Shown here piece by piece: positions 20,467 to 27,840 of a stretch of 64,000 nucleotides of DNA (position 1 is the stretch's first letter; every line of letters starts with the position of its first letter). The position numbers and the translations under genes were made by a program. Source of the DNA: Paludibacter sp. (GTDB lineage: Bacteria > Bacteroidota > Bacteroidia > Bacteroidales > Paludibacteraceae); NCBI GenBank assembly GCA_017882285.1, contig JADGPS010000005.1, positions 2,680-66,679 on the forward strand, written 5' to 3'. A model generated the notes under the pieces. The model was given only the letters and a program-made list of their open reading frames with translations, was not told the origin of the DNA and did not search any database.

Positions 20467-21110
20467 TGGACGTAATAATAGTTTCAAAAACTCATATGTC
20501 TACTGCCGCTTGTGTTGGTGGAGTTCTTGCAAATGGTCGTTTTGTAAGATTACTTGACTCAAATGGTTACAATCAAAACAGTGATACTGACATTAATGTT
20601 GGTGATGTTTATACAATCACATTTGTTGAAAGACAGGATAAAAAACCACCTCATGTAGAAGACATTTTAGTCAACACAATGTCTTTTAAGTTCACTTTTT
20701 CTTCTATAGATGAAATGGTTGAATACTTGAAAGAAAAGTTGAAAGTTAAAATTTGGAAAGGAAGTACCGAAATTCTTTTTGATGGTAAACTTCAATGGAC
20801 AAGTGGAGGAAGTGGCTACATTTCAGAAAGTGGCGAAATACCTTATAATAGTGTTGGATTTTGGATACCGGATAAAGATTTGATTCGAAAAGATTATAAT
20901 GAAAAGGTAAGGTATAGTTATCCAATAAGATGGCGAAATATATCTTATGTTGGCTTCCTTAATCCACTTGATAAAATACCTGCAGGAACTTTGACAAGAG
21001 TTTCATTAGCAAGGTGGTGGTCTCCAAACGAAGATGAAGAAAGGTGCTATTTACAGTTATCTGGTTGGTATGGTTTACCCATCCAGTCGGATATATCTAA
21101 CACTGATTAA
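20466..21110 (+). CDS. Hypothetical protein resembling dual OB-fold (DuOB-like) nucleic-acid-binding domain
   Basis: TAATG overlap with upstream gene; IVSKTHM..ACVGG...VRL N-terminus, HVEDILV, RVSLARWW, CYLQLSGW; family call from recall only. Confidence 0.6.
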   Translation: MDVIIVSKTHMSTAACVGGVLANGRFVRLLDSNGYNQNSDTDINVGDVYTITFVERQDKKPPHVEDILVNTMSFKFTFSSIDEMVEYLKEKLKVKIWKGSTEILFDGKLQWTSGGSGYISESGEIPYNSVGFWIPDKDLIRKDYNEKVRYSYPIRWRNISYVGFLNPLDKIPAGTLTRVSLARWWSPNEDEERCYLQLSGWYGLPIQSDISNTD

Positions 21111-21168
21111 ATGTGCAATAGATCAGGCTTGGTTGTTGGGATTTTCTTTTAATCCCAACTCTTGTATT
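21104..21168 (+). repeat. 65-bp structured cassette-end repeat, copy 1 (homologous to 27749-27813 minus)
   Basis: TGATTAAATGTGCAA...TGGTTGTTGGGATTTTCTTTTAATCCCAACTCTTGTATT; 9-bp stem 21135-21143/21151-21159. Confidence 0.8.
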
Positions 21169-21174
21169 ACGAGG

Positions 21175-21259
21175 ACTTGCCTGCGGCAGGCAGGTTTTTC
21201 AATCCGATAAATAAATCGGTTTTAAGAATGCATTACAAACCTGCCTGCCGCAGGCAAGT
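21175..21259. repeat. REP doublet (BIME-like): two family-A palindromes as a perfect 21-bp inverted repeat
   Basis: ACTTGCCTGCGGCAGGCAGGT (21175-21195) and its exact reverse complement (21239-21259). Confidence 0.9.
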
Positions 21260-21326
21260 TCCACCTACAGTTCGCACCATTTATAACTATAATTGAGGGT
21301 ATATATCCGGAAGGACGAGAAATTAA

Positions 21327-21371
21327 TTTGCAACGCATTTGCTCGAAGCCGGAACTGATTTGCGGTATATC
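21327..21371 (+). pseudogene. Tyrosine recombinase box II remnant
   Basis: Translates FATHLLEAGTDLRYI. Confidence 0.8.
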
Positions 21372-21612
21372 AGAACAAAATTGTACTTCCTGCTCCAATT
21401 GTTTCAATTATCTTTGTTCAAAATTTCTTGTTTTAATTTCACGCCTTCATTCCTATTCTCATTTCAAAATTAAGAAGTTAATTATTATTAATGTGTTCTA
21501 AAACATGTTCTGCATTATTTATATAACTAAAATAAGCAGTATTTTTGGTCGACCAATCAGAAATTCGCCAACCTATTAAAAATCAATTACAAAATAACAT
21601 AAAAATAGAATA

Positions 21613-22455
21613 ATGAAAACGAACTATGAAATTCGGTATGCTTCACACCCTGAAGATGCGAAGAAGTACGACACTGCTCGCATACGAAAAGAATATTTAA
21701 TCGAAAAAATCTTTTCAGTGGATGAAGTAAATATGGTATATTCATTATACGACCGTTTGGTTGTTGGTGGTGCAATGCCTGTAAATCAAACTCTTACTCT
21801 CGAAACTATAGAACCATTGAAATCCGAATATTTCCTTTCACGCCGTGAATTCGGAACATTTAATGTTGGTGGAGCCGGAAAGGTAACTGTTGACGGAGTT
21901 GTCATCAATTTGGGATTTAAAGAAGCTTTATATTTGGGTGCAGGCGACCGCAAAGTAATGTTTGAGAGCATTGATGCTAAGAATCCTGCTAAATTTTACT
22001 TCAACTCTGCACCAGCTCACAAAAATTTTCAGGACAAAAAAATAACCAAAGCCGATGCCATTGTAGCAGAAATGGGTTCTTTAGAAGGTGCAAATCACCG
22101 AAATATTAATAAAATGTTGGTTTGTCAGGTTTTAGAAACATGCCAGTTACAAATGGGAATGACTGAATTAGCAGCGGGAAGCGTTTGGAATACTATGCCG
22201 GCTCATACTCACAGTCGCAGAATGGAAGCTTATTTTTATTTCGAAGTGCCCGTAGAAAATGCTGTTTGTCACTTTATGGGTGAACCGACCGAAACACGTC
22301 ATATATGGATGAAAGGTGACGAAGCGGTTATATCTCCTGAATGGTCAATTCACTCGGCAGCTGCAACCAGCAATTATACTTTTATCTGGGGAATGGCCGG
22401 TGAAAATCTCGATTATGGCGACCAGGATTTTTATAAAAATACGGAATTAAGATAA
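21613..22455 (+). CDS. kduI: 5-dehydro-4-deoxy-D-glucuronate isomerase
   Basis: [45 protein letters not shown]. Confidence 0.95.
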   Translation: MKTNYEIRYASHPEDAKKYDTARIRKEYLIEKIFSVDEVNMVYSLYDRLVVGGAMPVNQTLTLETIEPLKSEYFLSRREFGTFNVGGAGKVTVDGVVINLGFKEALYLGAGDRKVMFESIDAKNPAKFYFNSAPAHKNFQDKKITKADAIVAEMGSLEGANHRNINKMLVCQVLETCQLQMGMTELAAGSVWNTMPAHTHSRRMEAYFYFEVPVENAVCHFMGEPTETRHIWMKGDEAVISPEWSIHSAAATSNYTFIWGMAGENLDYGDQDFYKNTELR

Positions 22456-22556
22456 TAATTAGTTTGTAGTTTATAGTCTGTAGTTTATAGTAGAGGATAT
22501 TAAGCTGATACTATGGACGCAACTAACCAATTATACAAATAACCAACTAACAATAA

Positions 22557-23342
22557 ATGAATATGAATTTATTTGATTTAACAGGGAAAGTTGCATTTGT
22601 TACAGGTGCATCTTATGGAATAGGTTACGGATTAGCAAAAGCATTTGCTGCAGCTGGTGCAACCATCGTGTTTAACGACCTTAATCAGGAAAAAGTAGAA
22701 GGTGCAATCGCATCTTACAAAGCTGATGGAATTACCGCTCATGGTTACGTTTGCGATGTTACCGATGAGGAAGCCGTAATTGCTACAGTGGCTAAAATTA
22801 CCAAAGAAGTTGGTGTGATTGATATTTTGGTTAATAATGCCGGAATTATTAAACGTATTCCGATGGTTGAAATGACTGCAGCAGATTTTCGTCAGGTAAT
22901 TGATATCGATTTGAATGGACCATTCATCGTGTCAAAAGCAGTAATTCCCAACATGATTAAAAAAGGAGGTGGTAAAATCATCAATATTTGTTCTATGATG
23001 AGCGAATTAGGCCGCGAAACCGTTTCAGCTTACGCAGCTGCAAAAGGTGGGTTGAAAATGCTTACTAAAAATATAGCATCCGAATACGGTGAGTTTAATA
23101 TTCAGTGTAACGGCCTCGGCCCGGGTTATATTGCAACCCCACAAACAGCACCTTTAAGAGTAGAAGGTCATCCTTTCAACTCATTCATTATTGCTAAAAC
23201 TCCTGCTGCCCGATGGGGAACCCCTGAAGATTTGCAAGGTCCGGCTGTATTTCTCGCTTCTGCTGCTTCTGATTTTGTAAACGGACATATTTTATATGTT
23301 GACGGTGGCATTCTGGCTTATATCGGAAAACAACCCAAATAA
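22557..23342 (+). CDS. kduD: 2-deoxy-D-gluconate 3-dehydrogenase / gluconate 5-dehydrogenase SDR
   Basis: TGASYGIG, NNAGIIKRIPM, YAAAKGGLKMLT; follows kduI. Confidence 0.75.
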   Translation: MNMNLFDLTGKVAFVTGASYGIGYGLAKAFAAAGATIVFNDLNQEKVEGAIASYKADGITAHGYVCDVTDEEAVIATVAKITKEVGVIDILVNNAGIIKRIPMVEMTAADFRQVIDIDLNGPFIVSKAVIPNMIKKGGGKIINICSMMSELGRETVSAYAAAKGGLKMLTKNIASEYGEFNIQCNGLGPGYIATPQTAPLRVEGHPFNSFIIAKTPAARWGTPEDLQGPAVFLASAASDFVNGHILYVDGGILAYIGKQPK

Positions 23343-23349
23343 ATTTACA

Positions 23350-23370
23350 ACTTGCCTGCGGCAGGCAGGT
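23350..23370. repeat. REP-like palindrome (family A)
   Basis: ACTTGCCTGCGGCAGGCAGGT, identical to 21175-21195. Confidence 0.9.
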
Positions 23371-23396
23371 TTAATCATTTATAATTACTATTTGAA

Positions 23397-24527
23397 ATGA
23401 AAAAATCAGGATTATTAATTTTAGTTTCACTCCTTCTCGTTTCGGGTATTTTTGCTCAACGAACTATTGTTGTAACCAACAGTTTAGGAATTGACAGAAA
23501 AGGAGAAATTGTTGAAATCAGTTTATCAACATTTAAAGTTTCATTTGATTCAAAAACCTATGTTTTGAAAAACAATGAAAATAAAGAAGTTGGTTATCAA
23601 CTGGTTTTCAATGGAAATAAAAAACCACAATCATTTATTTTTCAGGTTGATGTAAAAGCAAATAAATCAAACAAATACACCTTGATTGAAGGAAAACCGG
23701 CAGTTGTAAAATCCAAAACATTTGCTCGTTTTGTCCCTGAACGCAAAGATGACTTTGCCTGGGAAAATGACTTGTGTGCCTATCGAATGTACGGGCCGGC
23801 ATTGGCAAATGAAAATCCAAGCAATGGCGTTGATCTTTGGGTCAAAAAAACAAACGAACTGATTGTAGATGAATTCTATAATGGTGAACTTAAGAATGGC
23901 ATTTCCTATCACGTGGATCATGGACATGGATTAGATTTATATAAAGTGGGCCATACATTAGGTTGTGGAGGAATTGCACCTTATTCTTCCAATAAACTTT
24001 GGGTTGAAAATCATTTCGATCATTACAAGGTTATTGAAGTTGGACCGCTTCGTTCTGTCTTCACATTGATTTATGATTCGGTAAAAGTGGGTGAATTGTT
24101 TTATAAACAAGAACTTACAATTACAACAAATGCAGGATCAATGCTTAATAAAGCCGAAGTAAAATACAGCGGTCCCGTTCAAAAATTGGAACTGGCAGCA
24201 GGCATTTTTCTTCATGATGGCAAAGGTACCTTGAAACAAATCATTTCAAACGGCACTTCTGCTTATGCCGAAGAAGCTGTTTCGGATGCAAAAGTTCCTT
24301 CAGGAAGAAATTACGTGGGATTTTATATTCCATCAAAAGTAAATGATGCTCGCAAAGAAGGTGAACATGGATTAATGACAAGTTCATATAAAGTTGGTGA
24401 TGCATTTACCTATTATTTTGGAGGCGGATGGAGCAAATGGGGCTACCCTAGCGACGATGCGTGGTTTAATGCTATAAACCGTTTCAGTGAAATTTCACGG
24501 AATCCGTTGAAAATTACTGTAAAATAA
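23397..24527 (+). CDS. DUF4861 family secreted protein
   Basis: Signal peptide; RFVPERKDDFAWEND...YRMYGP, DLYKVGHTLGCGG, YYFGGGWSK. Confidence 0.8.
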   Translation: MKKSGLLILVSLLLVSGIFAQRTIVVTNSLGIDRKGEIVEISLSTFKVSFDSKTYVLKNNENKEVGYQLVFNGNKKPQSFIFQVDVKANKSNKYTLIEGKPAVVKSKTFARFVPERKDDFAWENDLCAYRMYGPALANENPSNGVDLWVKKTNELIVDEFYNGELKNGISYHVDHGHGLDLYKVGHTLGCGGIAPYSSNKLWVENHFDHYKVIEVGPLRSVFTLIYDSVKVGELFYKQELTITTNAGSMLNKAEVKYSGPVQKLELAAGIFLHDGKGTLKQIISNGTSAYAEEAVSDAKVPSGRNYVGFYIPSKVNDARKEGEHGLMTSSYKVGDAFTYYFGGGWSKWGYPSDDAWFNAINRFSEISRNPLKITVK

Positions 24528-24608
24528 ATCCATTTGAATTATTGCTTTTCAACATCCCCGTTTTCGAATGAAAGCAGGGATTTGTTTTTTTGATTCATGG
24601 AAAATGCT

Positions 24609-24616
24609 TAATTTTG
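24609..24616 (+). promoter_or_regulatory. -7 box (TAATTTTG) for tsaB
   Basis: TAnnTTTG consensus upstream of the ATG. Confidence 0.5.
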
Positions 24617-24659
24617 CACCTTCAATTGTCAATTGTAAATGAATAAATTGTAAATAATA

Positions 24660-25346
24660 ATGATCATTCTCCATATAGAAACCTCTACTAATGTTTGTTC
24701 TGTCGCGTTAAGCGAAAACGGAACTTGTATTTTTTCCAAGTCAAATACTGATGGAATGAATCACGCAGCTTTACTGAGTGTTTTTATAGCCGAAGCGTTG
24801 GAGGTATTGAAATCCATCGATAAAAAATTGGCTGCGGTAGCAGTAAGCAGTGGTCCGGGTTCATACACCGGTTTGCGAATCGGGGTTTCAACGGCAAAAG
24901 GTTTGTGTTACGGCTTCGGAATTCCTTTGATTGCTGTAAGCACGTTGGAAGTTCTGACTGCTCAAGCTTTGAAGACAATAAAAAATGCTGAAAACGCTTT
25001 ATTTTGTCCCATGATTGATGCCCGGCGCATGGAAGTTTACGCAGCTTTTTATAATGGAAAAGGAGAAATAAAACGTGAAATTTCAGCTGACATCATTACC
25101 TCAGATTCATATACCGAAATACTTGCAAATCAACAGGTTTATTTTTTTGGAAATGGTGCCGAAAAATGCAAATACACCATCACTCATTCCAACGCACGGT
25201 TTATTGATAACCTGGTTCCATTAGCTGAAAATATGATTCCATTTGCCGAGCGTGCATTTATTGAGAACCAATTTGTAGATGTAGCCTATTTTGAACCGTT
25301 TTATCTGAAAGAATTTCAGACTACTGCTCCTAAAAGACCTTCCTAA
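24660..25346 (+). CDS. tsaB: tRNA threonylcarbamoyladenosine biosynthesis protein TsaB
   Basis: IETST..CSVAL, GPGSYTGLRIG, IDARRMEVY, EPFYLK. Confidence 0.93.
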   Translation: MIILHIETSTNVCSVALSENGTCIFSKSNTDGMNHAALLSVFIAEALEVLKSIDKKLAAVAVSSGPGSYTGLRIGVSTAKGLCYGFGIPLIAVSTLEVLTAQALKTIKNAENALFCPMIDARRMEVYAAFYNGKGEIKREISADIITSDSYTEILANQQVYFFGNGAEKCKYTITHSNARFIDNLVPLAENMIPFAERAFIENQFVDVAYFEPFYLKEFQTTAPKRPS

Positions 25347-25415
25347 AACTTATTGAGGGTGTGACGTTAAGTCACAAATGCGTGCATACAAAATTCTTAT
25401 TCCCCTTCAGGGGTC

Positions 25416-26819
25416 TTACAATACAAATTCCTGACCAGCCTCCGGTATTTCAATATCATGAAAACCAACCTTTTTCAATTCTTCTGCGTATTTTTGCTGC
25501 ACTTCGTATTCACCATGCACCAAAAAGGTTTTCTTGATTTGGCTGGTATCCTGACAACTCAGAAATGCTTTCATTTCGTTGTAGTCGCCATGCCCGGAAA
25601 AGGCTTCAATTTTTGCAATACGGGCATTTACTTCGTGAATTTCACCGAAAATGGAAATAAAACGCAATCCCGGTTCCTGAATTCGTGCTCCGAGTGAAGT
25701 CGGCGTGCAATATCCTACAATCAAAATAGTATTTCGCCAATTAGATACATTATTAGCTACGTGATGTTTAACCCTACCTGCTTCCAACATACCGGACGAA
25801 GAAATAATGATACAAGGAGTGTGATAATCATTCAACGCTTTTGATTCATCCACATTTTTGATATAATGCAAGGAATTGAATCCAAACGGATCTTCATCAT
25901 ACTTCATTGCTTCTTTCACTTCATCATTCATACATTCCAAATGCAGGCGGAATATTTCAGTAGCATTTACTGAAAGCGGACTGTCAACGAATACATCAAT
26001 TTTAGGCAATAAACCTTTGTTGTATAAATCATTAAGCACAAATACAATTTCCTGAGTTCTGCCAATGGAAAAAGAAGGAATAATCAATTTTCCACCATTA
26101 TCGACGCAGGTTTCCATTACAATTTTCAATAAATCTTCTTCTGTTTCTTTTTCTTCGGGATGCAAACGGTCGCCATAAGTTGACTCGGTAATCAGATAAT
26201 CACACTGTGGAAAAGCCGTTGGCGGATGTAATATTTTGTTATGCTGACGGCCAATATCACCGGTATAGGCCAGATGCACTTTTTTGCCATTTTCCAGTAA
26301 TTCCAGATTTACAACAGCACCACCCAACATGTGTCCGGTATTAGTGAATTTTACATTGATTTTGTCATTTATCTGGAAACGACGGTCGTAAGCAACTCCA
26401 ATAAACAATTCCATACATTTTTCGGTATCAATCTGGCTGTAAATTGGTTCTACCGGTGGAAGTCCCTGTTTTTCACGCTTTTTATTGAACCATTTAATAT
26501 CCAGTTCCTGAATATGGCCACTATCGGCCAACATAATGGAACATAAATCGCGTGTGGCATCGGTACAAACCACAGAGCCACGAAAGCCCAGTTTATACAT
26601 ATACGGAATCAGTCCCGAATGGTCGATATGGGCATGAGAAAGAATTAAATAGTCGATTGTTTCCGGATCGAACATCAGGTTACGATTCATCAAGTCGGTT
26701 TCCAATCCTTTTCCCTGAAACATTCCGCAATCGAGTAAAATGCGTTTACCTTCATTCGTGGTAATCAGATGTTTACTGCCGGTTACTTCGCGTGAAGCAC
26801 CAATAAATTTAATTTTCAT
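25416..26819 (-). CDS. MBL-fold beta-CASP metallo-hydrolase (RNA-specificity family)
   Basis: LDCGMFQG, HAHIDHSG, TESTYG, FSGHGD. Confidence 0.9.
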   Translation of the reverse strand: MKIKFIGASREVTGSKHLITTNEGKRILLDCGMFQGKGLETDLMNRNLMFDPETIDYLILSHAHIDHSGLIPYMYKLGFRGSVVCTDATRDLCSIMLADSGHIQELDIKWFNKKREKQGLPPVEPIYSQIDTEKCMELFIGVAYDRRFQINDKINVKFTNTGHMLGGAVVNLELLENGKKVHLAYTGDIGRQHNKILHPPTAFPQCDYLITESTYGDRLHPEEKETEEDLLKIVMETCVDNGGKLIIPSFSIGRTQEIVFVLNDLYNKGLLPKIDVFVDSPLSVNATEIFRLHLECMNDEVKEAMKYDEDPFGFNSLHYIKNVDESKALNDYHTPCIIISSSGMLEAGRVKHHVANNVSNWRNTILIVGYCTPTSLGARIQEPGLRFISIFGEIHEVNARIAKIEAFSGHGDYNEMKAFLSCQDTSQIKKTFLVHGEYEVQQKYAEELKKVGFHDIEIPEAGQEFVL

Positions 26820-27029
26820 AGTTGAACTTATTGATTAGTTTCGTTTTTCAATCCTCAAAACTACATATTCTTTTTTATAATAGCAAAAAAATAGTTTAGG
26901 AATCGAGCAAATTGATATTAGCCAATGAGTGAATGCATTTTTATTAGCAAACTATCAAATAAAATAGAAAAGTTTAGTATATTTGCCGTATTATTTAGCC
27001 ATTGATAGTTGAATATAAAAAATACAATT

Positions 27030-27239
27030 ATGAAAGTATTAGTTGATATACCTGATAATGAAATTACATTTGCAATGAAAGTTTTAAATAGTCTTTCGTT
27101 TGTAAAAAAAGCAAAGCCTTTGTCGGCAACCACTGCAAAATTATGGGATGATTTGAAAGAGGCTGCTGAAGAGGTTCGCTTACACAAACAGGGGAAAATC
27201 AAATTAAAATCAGCTCAAGACTTACTCAATGAGTTATAG
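27030..27239 (+). CDS. Small putative antitoxin
   Basis: 69 aa, overlaps the downstream RelE-like gene by 11 nt; -7 box TATATTTG at 26978-26985. Confidence 0.65.
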   Translation: MKVLVDIPDNEITFAMKVLNSLSFVKKAKPLSATTAKLWDDLKEAAEEVRLHKQGKIKLKSAQDLLNEL

Positions 27240-27561
27240 TATAATTCCTACCCACCGTTTTGAGAAAGAACTCAAACGACTTGTAAAGAAATACCCATCG
27301 CTCAAAAATGAATTTGCCGGATTTATTCAAAAAATCTTAACAAAACCGGCATTGGGAACTTCTATTGGCAATCATTGTTACAAAATTCGTATAGCTATTG
27401 CATCAAAAGGAAAAGGAAAATCGGGTGGAGCCAGAGCAATTTCATATTTATATATCGAAACTGAAACGGTTTATCTTTTAACTATTTACGATAAAAGCGA
27501 AAAAGAAGACCTAAAACCCAATGAACTCAAAGAAATGATTGAAAATTTGGAATTGGAATAA
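27229..27561 (+). CDS. Type II toxin, RelE/ParE family
   Basis: FEKELKRLVKKYPSL, YKIRIAIASKGKGKSGGAR, YLLTIYDKSE. Confidence 0.85.
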   Translation: MSYSIIPTHRFEKELKRLVKKYPSLKNEFAGFIQKILTKPALGTSIGNHCYKIRIAIASKGKGKSGGARAISYLYIETETVYLLTIYDKSEKEDLKPNELKEMIENLELE

Positions 27562-27594
27562 TACCGATTTCAGAAACAACTGTAATATTAAATT

Positions 27595-27656
27595 CGGCTG
27601 AACTTCAAATTTTGAGGTTCAGCCGATTACTTTTAAACAGGTAAGTTTGGTAACTT
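27595..27656. repeat. Hairpin-containing dispersed repeat, copy 2 (homologous to 4954-5016)
   Basis: CGGCTGAACTTCAAATTTTGAGGTTCAGCCG...AAGTTTGGTAACTT. Confidence 0.8.
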
Positions 27657-27748
27657 GCTTCTAACCCGACGTAGGCTCATAAGCCGAATAAAAGAGCGAA
27701 TACAATACGACCAACAAAGACAAAGAGAACGGATTAAAAAATCCGAAG

Positions 27749-27813
27749 AATACAGAAGGTGGGATTAAAAAGAAAATCCCACCAACCAGTGCCAAACTTT
27801 GCTCACTTAATCA
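27749..27813 (-). repeat. 65-bp structured cassette-end repeat, copy 2
   Basis: Minus strand TGATTAAGTGAGCAA...TGGTTGGTGGGATTTTCTTTTTAATCCCACCTTCTGTATT. Confidence 0.8.
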
Positions 27814-27840
27814 TTAAGGTATATCCAAGTGGACAAGGTT

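Noticed and set aside
27650-27835. Complete canonical attC site after BspA
   Set aside because: The two ends do not form the expected R''/L''-L'/R' pairing by eye, and the GTT core is GTTAGAA; reported only as attC-like
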